DNA of 20,000 bases from Chiloscyllium plagiosum (Eukaryota). This document shows positions 1-10,147 of the stretch, one piece after another. Location of the stretch: positions 3,641,260 to 3,661,259 of the forward strand of contig NC_057751.1 in assembly GCF_004010195.1 (NCBI RefSeq), given 5' to 3'. The position numbers and the translations under genes are program-made. The notes beneath the pieces are model-generated. The model did not search any database. It saw nothing but the letters and a program-made list of their open reading frames with translations, and was not told where the DNA came from. Position 1 is the first letter of the stretch, and each line of letters begins with the position of its first letter.

Positions 1-405
1 CCCGATCTTGTCCCACTTGCCAGCGCCCGGCCCATATCCCTCCAAACCCGTCCTATTCATATACCCATCCAAATGCCTCTTAAATGTTGCAATTGTACCA
101 GCATCCACCACATCCTCTGGCAGCTCATTCCATACATGTACCACCCTCTGCGTGAAAACATTGCCTCTTAGGTCTCTTTTATATCATTCCCCTCTCAGCC
201 TAAACCTATGCCCTCTAGTTCTGGCCTCCCCGACCCCAGGGAAAAGACTTTGCCTATTTATCCTATCCATGTCCCTCATAATTTTGTAAACCTCAATAAG
301 GTCACCCCTCAGCCTCTGACGCTCCAGGGAAAACAGCCCCAGCCTGTTCAGCCTCTCTCTATAGCTCAAATCCTCCAACCCTGGCAACATCCTTGTAAAT
401 CTTTC
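1..405 (-). mobile_element. 5'-truncated young CR1/HER1-type LINE 3' fragment (ORF2 C-terminus and 3'UTR), running off the left edge
   Basis: Minus-strand ORF 184..390 (LPGLEDLSYRERLNRLGLFSLERQRLRGDLIEVYKIMR) is the typical CR1 ORF2 C-terminus. The DNA closely matches about 3850-4243 in this window. Confidence 0.95.
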
Positions 406-1319
406 AACTGCTCAGATTCTCACGGTCTCCCAAACATAGCTTTGGCAGAGGTGTAGAAGCATATTGTACAAATGTTCACCTCTCACATCTGGTTGACTCA
501 ATGGTGAATGGCTCAGTGAAATGGAAGAAAGGAAGTTTGCTTTAACAGACTAAACAGTCAATTTAGGTTGAATAAATATGAAAGGGCAGGATTGTAAGCC
601 TGCTCATTCATTGACCTTGATTTACAGTGTTGTTTGCACTGGTTGTGGCTGGACATCTTCAACAGTAAGAACACCCGCTACATCAAGCACCAATCAGACA
701 CTAAAGATCTGACCAGAAGCTTTGTCAACTTATCAAGTGCCTTGTCAGTGAAGTCCCTCCTCACGTGAAGCTGCAAGTCAATAAAAAAAGGCAGCCACTG
801 GGAGTTGGACTGAATTGAAAGAAGCCCAGGCTGCGCAGCTGTTCGCACTTACACCAGTGAGTAAAATCTGCGAGTGTTTGGAGGAATCATGGGGTGGCGG
901 TTGTGAGGAGAGAGGTGTCGGTGGGTTGGAAGCTGAGCTCCTTGGTCCCTTATCTGTGACCTATAATTGCCCCCACTGTTTGCTGTTAGCACAGAATCCA
1001 CTTTTTTCACCTACAGGGGAAGGAAGGTAATTGGAGCAGTTGTGGGTTGAGGCTCTTAAGTTGTCATGAATTGACTACATAACAGATTCAAAAACTGCTG
1101 AAACAAGATATATTTATCAAAGCTTAATTTCAGAAAAACCTGCAGTTAACTGTCAGTCATTATTAACTTGTACTTTGCTGAATGTTTTGACATGAACAAT
1201 CAGAATCCACTTAACGACCAATCAGCCCTTTCCTCTTGACTGGTACAAATGTTTTTTTACTCTTCAATTGATAAAATGTTCATTCTGGATCGCTATAAAA
1301 GGCAATTAATTAATGCTAC

Positions 1320-1548
1320 TCCCCTGCAATTTTCTCATTGATCTGCAATCTTTTCTCTTTTCAAGTACTTATCCAATTCTCTTTTGAAAGCTTTGATTTA
1401 AACTGCTTTCATCACACTTTCAGGCAGCGCATTCCAATCTGAAAAACTCACAGCATAAAAATCCAATTCTTCATATTGCCATTGGTTGTTACAGTTCATT
1501 TCAAATTGGTGTTCTCTGGTTTTCATACTGACTGCCAATGAGAAAAGC
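1320..1548 (-). mobile_element. Highly decayed CR1/L2-type LINE 3' remnant
   Basis: The stretch TTTCAAGTACTTATCCAATTCTCTTTTGAAAG...CACACTTTCAGGCAGCGCATTCCA is the reverse complement of the 'WNALP...FKRELDKYL' CR1 ORF2 terminus. Boundaries are approximate. Confidence 0.6.
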
Positions 1549-3068
1549 ACTAGAAGTGTCGAAACAGGAATATGCTAGATGCGAGGTAAACCTCTGGGAT
1601 ATAACATCAGCTGGGGCAGTCAGTGTTGACATCTCTGCCTCTAGGGGATGCTAAACAAGTTCTTGATGGATGCAGCAATTCTGCCAGACAGAAAGTGAGT
1701 GGATTGCAAGTAATCAACAAATTGTTCAATTGGAGTGTTGATTAGATTTTGATCAGTTGGAAAATAATTTTCCAGTATTTCCCATTCCAACCCTTTAGGT
1801 TTACTCCCCATGCCAAATGTTTGGCCTTTTTTTGCCTCTCCTGAGTGTTTAGATTACTTGTATAGTTGGAGGCTATTCATTTGCACACATGAATATAGGG
1901 TCAGTTTGATAGTTCAGTGGTTTCTTCTGGTTTATCAATTTTCCATACTTGCATATTTTCACAGAGACATCAGTTACCTACCGATTTCCAAACTGGATTT
2001 GACCTACGCTCCTTTTGATTACTGATTGCCAGCCACAGCTTTATCGTAATCTCTGCTTGAACTCTGTGCTGTGTAACTCATTCCTCTGCTGGATTAATAT
2101 TTCTTAAACAAAAATCAGCTTATAATTTCAGTGGAAGCAGTTCAAATAAGTTAGCAAATTTGAAAATTAGTACTGGTTCCAACCTCAATTTTGATGGAGC
2201 AATAAGTGACTTCAATATGGTTGACAAATGGAACCAGGCCCCATTGCACACTTGTATAACAAAGAAATATATGAAGCACTTATCAGGGGACTCTGCTGGC
2301 ATGTGCTTTGCTGTGTTGCTAATTGTTTCAGGCGACTTCCATTTTATGCTTTGATGCAATGTGGGTTTTTTTAAAGAGCTCATTTCCAATCATGTAACCA
2401 AGAAAATGCCAATTATTTCTGCAACAAAATATCATTGATATGCAAATCCAATATGGGTAAATCCAAAGGGAATTCAGAGTGCCAATTTTCTCTCTGATAA
2501 ATGAACACAATGCCACCGTTGACTTCTGCTTTATATACTATGAATATGATTATAAACAGCCTTGGCATCCCCACATGTGTATCCGACATGAGGTTCAGCT
2601 CTCGTAGAATATTAGAAGACAAAATTATTCTGTTGAAAAAGTCTATTGTGAACACATTACCAGCTGTAAAGAGTTAAAACGGTTGAAGTACCAACATCAC
2701 ACAGATAAATGGTAATGATAAGCCTGTGTCTAGGCATGGTGGTAATCATTAATGATCTCTATGAGTCACACACAAATATCTTCAAAAGTACTGCTGAGGG
2801 AGGGGGTGGTGGTGGGAAAGAGGAATATTATAGAACTCTTATCCATTAATCATATGAATGCTTTTTATATCACCATACAGGGATTTTACCAAAACCACAC
2901 AATGCTCAGGAAAGAAAATGACCTTTTCTGAGAATTTTATTTTCATTATTAGAAGCCTCAGTTGGTATTCAAAGAACTTGTTTATAATGGGATTGACAGT
3001 GTGGGATGGGGGTGGGGTGTGGAAATATCAAGTGTGACTCTCTTTGCCATTTTATTTATCTATCTCTA

Positions 3069-3382
3069 GGGTGGCACGGTGGCTCAGTGGTTAGCACTGC
3101 TACCAGCACCAGGGTCCCACGTTCAATTTCAGCCTCGGGCAACTGTCTGTGTGGAGTTTGCACATTCTTTCTGTGTCTGTGTGATTTTCCTCTGGATGCC
3201 CCGATTTCCTCCCACAGTCCAAAGATGTGCAGGTCAGGTGAATTGGTCATGCTAAGTTGCCCATAGTGTTAGGTGCATCATTCAGAGGGAAATGGTGACT
3301 GGGTGAGCTACTCTGTGGAGGGTCGGTGTACACTTGTTGGGCCGAAGGGCCTGTTTCCACACGACAGGGAATCGAATCTAAT
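3069..3382 (+). mobile_element. HE1-like tRNA-derived SINE, near full length
   Basis: Pol III A-box TGGCTCAGTGG (3080-3090), B-box-like GTTCAATTTC (3121-3130), core CTCCCACAGTCCAAAGATGTGCAGG, and a 3' tail GGGCCGAAGGGCCTGTTTCCAC similar to the LINE tails in this window, ending in an AATCT-like repeat. Confidence 0.9.
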
Positions 3383-3411
3383 ATCTCATTTTCTCACTTT
3401 TTGCCCTCGTA

Positions 3412-3775
3412 AACATAGAACATAAACGTTACAGTGCAGGACAGGCCTTTCGGCCCTCAATGTTGCACCGACCTGCAAAGTTAACCTGATGCCCATCTAA
3501 TGTTGGCGAGGCCATTCCATGCCCTTAATACTGTCTGAGTAAAGAAACTACCTCTGATATCTGCCCGAAATCTGTCACCCCTCAATTTAAAGGTATCTCC
3601 CCTCATGTTAGCCTTCACGCTCGGAGGAAAAAGGCTCTCACTGTCCATCCTATCTCACCCTCTGATTATCTGATGCTTTCAGATTAAGTTACCTCTCAAC
3701 CTTTTCTATTCAACAAAAATAGCCTCAGTTTCCTCAGCCTTTCCACATAAGACCTTCCTTCCGTACCAGGCAACA
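3412..3775 (-). mobile_element. 3' end of host CR1 element A (continues at 5771)
   Basis: Terminal AACATAGAACATA repeat, then CAGGCCTTTCGGCCC 3'UTR motif, then the reverse complement of the ORF2 C-terminus. It breaks at CCAGGCAACA (3775) and resumes as GTAAATCTCC at 5771. Confidence 0.85.
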
Positions 3776-3779
3776 CAAT

Positions 3780-5770
3780 GTCATAGTCATAGAGATGTAC
3801 AGCATGGAAACAGACCCTTCGGTCCAACCCGTCCATGCCGACCAGATATCCCAACCCAATCTAGTCCCACCTGCCAACACCCGGCCCATATCCCTCCAAA
3901 CCCTTCCTATTCATATACCCATCCAAATGCCTCTTAAATGTTGCAATTCTACCAGCCTCCACCACATCCTCTGGCAGCTCAGTCCATACACGTACCACCC
4001 TCTGCGTGAAAAAGTTGCCCCTTAGGTCTCTTTTATATCATTCCCCTCTCAGCCTAAACCTATGCCCTCTAGTTCTGGACTCCCTGACCCCAGGGAAAAG
4101 ACTTTGTTTATTTACCCTGTCCATGCACCTCATAATTTTATAAACCTCAGTCTCTGATGCTCCAGGAAAAAAAGCCCCAGCCTGTTCAGCATCTCCCTAT
4201 AGCTCAAATTCTCCAACCCTGGCAACATCCTTATAAATCTTTCCTGAATCTTTCAAGTTTCACAACATCTTTCCGATAGGAAGGAGACCAGAATTGCACA
4301 CAATATTCCAACAGTGGCCTAACCAATATCCTGTATAGCTACAACATGACCTCCCAACTCCTGGACTCAATACACTGACCAATAAAAGAAAGCATACGAA
4401 GCGCCTTCACTATTCTATCGACCTGTGACTCCACTTTCAAGGAGCTATGAACCTGTACTCCAAGGTTCCTTGTTCAGCAAAACTCCCTAGGACCTTACCA
4501 TTAAGTGCATAAGTCCTGCTAAGATTTGCTTTCCCAAAATGCAGCACCTCGCATTTATCTGAATTAAACTCCATCTGCCACTTCTCAGCCCATTGGCCCA
4601 TCTGGTCAAGATCCTGTTGTAATCTGAGGTCTCCCTCTTTGCTGTTCACTACACTTGCAATTTTAGTGTCATCTGCAAACTTACTAACTGTACTTTTTAT
4701 GCTCACATCCAAATCATTTATATAAATGATGAAATGTAGTGAACCCAGCACCAACCCTTGTGGCACTCTACTGGTCACAGTCCTCCAGTCTGAAAAACAA
4801 CCCTCCACCACCACCCTCTGTCTTTTACATTTGAACCAGTTCTGTATCCAAACGGCTAGTTCTCCCTGTATTCCATGAGATCAAACCTTGCTAACCAGTC
4901 TCCCATGGGGAATCTTGTCGAACACCTAACTGAAGTCCATATAGATCACATCTACTGCACTGCCCTCATCAATCTTCTTTGTTACTTCTTCAAAAAACTC
5001 AATTAAGTTTGTGAGACATGATTTCCCACTCACTAAGCCATGTTGACTATCCCTAATCAGTCCTTGCCTTTCCAAATATATGTACATCCTGTCCCTCAGG
5101 ATTCCTTCCACAAATTGCCCACCACCAATGTCAGGCTCACTGGTCTGAAGGTCCCTGGCTTGTCCTTACCACCCTTCTTAAATAGAGGCACCACATTAGC
5201 CAACCTCCAGTCTTCTGGCACCTTACCTGTGACGATCGATGATACAAATATCTCAGCAAGAGGACCAGCAATCACTTGTCTAGCTTCCCACAGAGTTCTA
5301 GGGTTCACCTGATCAGGTAGTGGGGATTTATCCACCTTTATGCGTTTCAAGACATCCAGCACTTCCTCCCCTGTAATATGGACACTTTTCAAAGTGTTAC
5401 CATCTATTTCCTTTCAGTCTATATCTTCCACGTCCTTTTCCACAGTAAATACTGATGCAAAATACTCGTTTAGTATCTCACCCGCTTTCCGTGGCTCCAC
5501 ACAAAGGCCGCCTTACTGATCTTTGAGGGATCCTATTCTCTTCCTAGTTACCCTTTTGTCCTTGATGTATTTGTAAAAACCCTTTGGATTCTCCTTAACT
5601 CTATTTGCCAAAGCTATCTCATGTCCCCTTTTTGCCCTCCTGATTTTCCTCTTAAGTATACTCCTACTGCGTTTATACTCTTCTCAGGGTTCACTCGATC
5701 TATCCTGTCTATACCTTATATATGCTTCCTTCTTTTTCTTAACCAAACCCTCAATTTCTTTAGTCATCCA
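3780..5770 (-). mobile_element. Young 5'-truncated CR1/HER1-type LINE (element B, about 2 kb) with a frameshifted RT, nested in element A
   Basis: 3' tail GTCATAGTCATAGAG at 3780. Minus-strand ORFs 5096-5392 (WRLANVVPLFKKG), 4926-5111 (QHG..GKSCLTNLIEFFE..DVIYMDFS) and 4437-4814 (VPQG..LG..FIIYINDL..KFADD, with FADD at 4668-4679) are RT motifs broken by frameshifts and stops. Confidence 0.96.
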
Positions 5771-7469
5771 GTAAATCTCCTCTGAACCCTTTCCAAAGCT
5801 TCTGCATTCTTCCTCTAATACGGTGACCAGAACTGCAGGCAATACTCCAGGTGCGGCCGTACCAGTGTCGTGTACAGGTGAAGCATGACCTTGTGGATCC
5901 GAAACTCAATCCCCCTACCAATTAACGCCAACACACCATATGCCTTCTGAACAAACCTATCAACCTGGGTGGCATCTTTCAGGGATTCATTCACCTGGAC
6001 ACCGAGATCTCTCTGTTAATCTACACTGCCAAGATTTTTGCCATTAGCCCACTGTTCTGCATTCCTGTTACTTCTTCCGAAGTGAACTATCTCACACTTT
6101 TCTGCATTAAACTCCATTTGCCACTTGTCAGCCCAGCTCTGCATCATATCTATGTCCCGTTGTAACCCAGAACATCCTTCGGCACTATCCACAACTTTGC
6201 CTTACCTTAATGTCATCCACAAACTTACTAACCCATCTTTCTTTGTCCACATCCAGATCATTTATGAAAATAACAAACAGCAGTGGCCCCAAACAGATCC
6301 TTGCAGCATATCACTGGTAACTGAGCTCCAGGATGAACATTTTCCATCAACCACCACCCTCTGTCTTCTTTCAGCTAATCAATTTCTGATCCAAAGCGCT
6401 AAAGCACCTTCAATCCTGAAACTCCTTATCTTGTGGAATAGCCTACCATGCGAAACCTTATCAAAAGCCTTACTGAAGTCCATATACACCACATCAACCA
6501 CCTTATACTTTTATCCACCTGTTTGGTCATCTTCTCAAATAACTCAATAAGATTAGTGAGGCACGACCTACTCTTCACAAAACCATGTTGACAATCCTTA
6601 ATCAAATTATTCATTTCCAGATGATTATAAATCCAATCTCTTTATAACCTTTTCCAACACATTACCCACAACCAAAGTAAGACTCACTGGCCTTTAATTA
6701 CCAGGGTTGGCTCGACTCCCCTTCTTAAACAAGGGAACAACATTTGTTATTCTACAGTCTTCTGGCATTACTCCTATCGACAATGATGGCATCACGATTG
6801 AAGCAAAAGGCTCAGCAATCGCTTCCCTGGCTTCCCAGAGAATCCAAGGGTAAATCCAACCCTGGGTTCTTATCTATTTTCAGATCTTCCAAAATTTCTA
6901 AAACCTCCTCTTTGTCAACCTGAATCCTACCCAATTTTATACCCTATATCTCCATATTCTCACTAACATCGTCCTTTTCCAATGTGAATACTAATGAAAA
7001 GTATTGATTAAGTGCTTCCCTTATGTCCTCAGATTCCACAGACAACTTTCCACTATTATCTTTGATTGATCCTATACTTACTCTAGTCATTCTTTTATTC
7101 CTGATATACTTATAGAAGGCCTTAGGGTTTTCCTTGATCCTATCCGCCAACAACTTCTCATGTCCCCTCCTGGCTCTTAGCCCTTCTTTAGATGTTTACT
7201 GGCTAACTTATAACTCTCAACAAAGCTTTCATGCCTCATCCTCACAAAAGCTTTCCTCTTTCTCTTGACAAGAGCTTCAAATTTAGTAAACCATGGCTCC
7301 CTCTCTCGACAACTACCTCCCTGCCTGATACATATATACGTATCAAGGAACCGCAGTAGCTTTTCCTTGAATAAGCTCCACATTTCAAGAGCGTCCATCC
7401 CCTGCAGTTTCCTTCCCCATCCTATGCATCCTAAATCTTGCCTAATCACATCATAATTGCCTTCCCCCC
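5771..7469 (-). mobile_element. CR1 element A, ORF2 pseudogene (linker plus RT; APE endonuclease absent)
   Basis: Minus-strand ORFs 7177-7449 (W.LFKEKL..EPW), 6944-7153 (IKENPKAFYKYIRNKR) and 6426-6614 (QHGFVKSRSCLTNLIELFE). The catalytic motif reads FVDD at 6212-6223. The sequence is clearly diverged from element B, so it is a different subfamily. Confidence 0.92.
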
Positions 7470-7818
7470 AGGGTATTGGTACCCCTCTGGTTCAGGTGAA
7501 GACCATCCTGTTTGTAGAGGTCCCACCTTCCCCACAACGAGCTCCAATTATCCAAGAATCCAAAGCCCTCCTCCTGCACCATCCCTGCAGCCACTGTTCA
7601 GCTCCACGCTCTCCCTATTCCTCACTTCACTAGCATGTGGCATGGGCAACAAACCAGAGTTAACAACTCTGTTTGTTATAGCTCCAAGCTTTCAACTTAG
7701 CTCCCTGAATTTCTGCCTTAGATCTCCAATATTCTTCCTACCAATGTCATTGATGCCTATGTGGACCACAACTTGGGTAGCTCCCCCTACCCCTTAAGGA
7801 TCCCGAAAACCCTGGCAC
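7470..7818 (-). pseudogene. CR1 element A ORF1, C-terminal half of the SGNH/GDSL esterase domain
   Basis: Minus-strand translation, with frameshifts: VFGILKG..VVVHIGINDIGRK..RVVNSGLLP..WLQGWCR..WDLYKQDGLHLNQRGTN. GxND block at 7746-7763; DxxH (DGLHL) block at 7493-7507. Confidence 0.88.
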
Positions 7819-7819
7819 A

Positions 7820-8063
7820 AGTTCTTGGACGCAGTTGGAGAGGTCACAATGTCTCCAGAGAGCAGCCGAGCCTGTCAGGACATGTGAGTGTACGGTTTAA
7901 ATTTCCTTTAGTTCCTGTTTATCGTCAGTTCCTGGATGCAGTCGGAGAGGTCATGAAGTCTCCAGGGAGCAGCAGAGCCTGTTGGGATACGTGAGCACAA
8001 CGTTTAAATTTCTTTTAGTTCTGGATTTTCTTCAGTTCCTGGATGCAGTCAGAGAGGTCATGA
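7820..8063 (+). repeat. 107-bp tandem repeat, about 2.3 copies, probably the 5'UTR of element A
   Basis: Units start with AGTTC(T/C)TGGA(C/T)GCAGT at 7820, 7927 and 8034, giving an exact 107-nt period. All three share GAGAGGTCA; the two full units share GAGCCTGT and GTTTAAATTTC. Confidence 0.92.
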
Positions 8064-8721
8064 GGTCACATATATGGGCAGTTGCTTTACCCAAAACACG
8101 ACTCGGGTAGTGTCTCGCACCCACCCTCCTCCTCTTACCAAAACAAAATCTGTGCATTGGTTGGTAAGGTGACAAGTATTTTCTTTCATGTTTCATTTGT
8201 TTTTTTTTCCAGCAGTCTATTTGGGAATTTAGATTAGTGGGATTGGAGATTAGGGCAATTGAATGTTCCTCCTGCATTATGTGGGAGGTAAGGGTCACTA
8301 GTGTCCCTGCTGACTTCATTTGTAGGAAGTGCACCCAATTCCAGCTCCTCGAGGACCGTGTTAGGGAATTGGAGTTGGTACTGGAGGAACTTCGGATCAT
8401 TCAGGAGGTGGAGGGGGTTATTGAGAGGAGTTACAGGGAGGTAGTTACTCCGCAGCCACGTGAAGAAGGTGGATGGGTTACCATCAGGGGTAGGAAAGGG
8501 AACCGGCAGGCAGTGCAGGGATCTCCTGTGGTGGTTCCCCTCGTCAAGTATACTGCTTTGGATATTGTTGAGGGGGACGACTTACCAAGTCATTCTGTCC
8601 CTGTTACTCAGAAGGGAAGGAGGAAGAGATAGTTAAGGGGACAGATAGGAGGTTTTGTGGGAACAAGAGAGACTCATGATTGGTGAGTTGCTTCCCAGGT
8701 GCCAGGGTTCATGATGTCTCT
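8064..8721 (+). mobile_element. CR1 5'UTR and ORF1 N-terminal half (zinc finger/leucine zipper plus start of esterase), inverted relative to 3412-7818
   Basis: ORF 8237..8632 contains CSSC..MWE..CRKC followed by a heptad-rich LLEDRVRELELVLEELR. After a deletion at about 8628 that removes the GDS block, it reads IVKGTDRRFCGNKRDS*LVSCFPGARVHDVS and ends at about 8721. Confidence 0.9.
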
Positions 8722-8730
8722 TACCTTTTG

Positions 8731-9003
8731 GGCAGCAAGGATCTCTTATTGCAATTGTACAGGACCTTGGTGAGAGTATTGTGTGCAGTTTCGGTCTCCT
8801 TCTGTAAGGAAGAATGTTCTGGCTATGCAGGGAGTGCAAAGAAGGTTTACCAGACTGATTCCTGAAACAGCAGGACTGACATATGAAGGGAGACTGGATC
8901 AGTGAGGTCTAGACTTTAGAAGAAATGGTGGGGGATGTCATAGAAACTGATAAAATGCTTACAGGATGAGAAAGGTTGAATGCCGGAAGGATATTCCCAA
9001 TGA
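8731..9003 (+). mobile_element. Decayed CR1 ORF2 C-terminal fragment of a third subfamily
   Basis: Reads SKDLLLQLYRTLVR, then ..VQRRFTRLIP..AGLTYEGRLDQ.., across small deletions. Confidence 0.8.
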
Positions 9004-9006
9004 ATA

Positions 9007-9539
9007 GAGTTAAAAATCACACTAGGTGATAGTCCAACAAGTTTATTTGGAAGCACTAGCTGCTGAAATGCTGCTCCTTCATCAGGTGGTTGTGGAGTAT
9101 AAGATCGTAGGCACAGAATTTATAACAAAAGTTTACGGTGTGATGCAACTGAAATTATATATTGAAAAATACCTAGATTATTTGTTAAGTCTCTCATCTT
9201 TTAGAAAGACCATGTTGGTTTCAGTTCTTTCACATGTAAATCCTTAAACATTTTTGAAAAAGCTACATTCTCAAGTGAACTTTAACAACAGGTGCCAAGT
9301 CAGCTCAGATAATGCATTGAAGGTGTGAGGTTCCCTGTGTGAGCCTGTGTCCCAACATTCAGACTGAATCTATTTCCAAAAAATAGATTTACAGAATCTT
9401 ACATGGATTCATGCAGTTTTTGAGCAAAATAAAATTCTGCAAGTACAAATTCACCCCACAAACTGTGTGCACGTGCATGTGGGTGTGGGTGGATGTGGGG
9501 GGTTTGAGCGTCTGTGAAAGAGCATGTGTATGTGTATCT
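9007..9539 (-). mobile_element. Penelope-like element 3' region (non-coding tail) with decayed hammerhead core and TG-rich microsatellite
   Basis: The minus strand reads CCACCTGATGAAGGAGCAGC..GCTAGTGCTTCCAAATAAAC..TTGGACTAT (CTGATGA at 9079-9085), which I recognise as a shark Penelope-type terminus. It grades into TG-rich sequence at 9463-9543. No ORF evidence. Confidence 0.6.
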
Positions 9540-10048
9540 GTGTCTGAACACTTTCATTCTCCCTCCCACTCCGCCAAGGACATGCAGGTCCTAGGCCTCC
9601 TCCACCCCGAAACCCTGACCACCCGACACTTGGAGGAAGAAGACCTGATCTTCTGCCTTGGGACCCTCCAACCACATAGAATCAATGTGGATTTCACCAG
9701 TTTCCTCAATTCACACCTTCGCCCAGATCCAACCTTCCAACTCAGCACTGCCCTCTTGACCTATCCTACCTCTCCATCTTCCTTCCCACCAATCCACCCC
9801 ACCCTCCTCTCTGATCTATCGCCTTCACCCCCATCTTCATCGCCCTATCGCATTCTCTCTTCCTCCAGCCCCACTCCCTCCCATTTATCTCTCGGCCCCC
9901 TTCAGCCACCCCCTCATTCCTGATGAAGAGCACACATTCAGAATGTTGATTCTCCTGTTCCTCAGACGCAGCCTGACTGGTTGTGCTTTTCCAGCACCAT
10001 ACTCTTCGACTCAGATCTCCAGCATCTGCAGTGTTTACTTTCTCCCAG
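9540..10048 (+). mobile_element. 5'-truncated Penelope-like element: GIY-YIG endonuclease C-terminus, pyrimidine-rich 3'UTR and hammerhead remnant
   Basis: VSEHFHSPSHSAKDMQVLGLL...RHLEEEDLIFCLGTLQPHRINVDFTSFL matches the PLE GIY-YIG C-terminal pattern (HF..H, R..E, LG..P.G.N). C/T-rich tract at 9710-9920, CTGATGA at 9920-9926, and terminal CTCCAGCATCTGCAG. Confidence 0.85.
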
Positions 10049-10147
10049 TCAATTCATTTCCTACTTCTGTCTGTTCTTTGCTTTCATCTCATCAAATTGT
10101 TTTCTATCTGTTGCAATATTGAGGTTGTAAGATTGTTATGTTCGTAC

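Noticed and set aside
2120..2655. Cluster of short overlapping ORFs in unique AT-rich DNA
   Set aside because: No recognisable motifs and no consistent exon boundaries.
3069..3140. tRNA gene
   Set aside because: The A and B boxes are the head of a SINE. There is no intact cloverleaf and the sequence continues into the SINE core and tail.
6125..6550. 141-aa plus-strand ORF, and similar ORFs at 8-289, 208-456, 3795-4025, 5040-5312 and 7438-7797
   Set aside because: These are antisense shadow frames of CR1 coding sequence.
7820..8063. CRISPR-like or other repeat-spacer array
   Set aside because: The whole 107-bp unit is repeated with no unique spacers, the context is eukaryotic, and no cas genes are present.
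8237..8865. Domesticated zinc-finger/esterase gene
   Set aside because: The catalytic GDS block is deleted, in-frame stops are present, and ORF 8680-8865 is a chimera across two unrelated LINE fragments.
9411..9923. 170-aa ORF as a novel protein
   Set aside because: It is a chance read-through of a TG microsatellite, a Penelope GIY-YIG fragment and a C/T-rich UTR.
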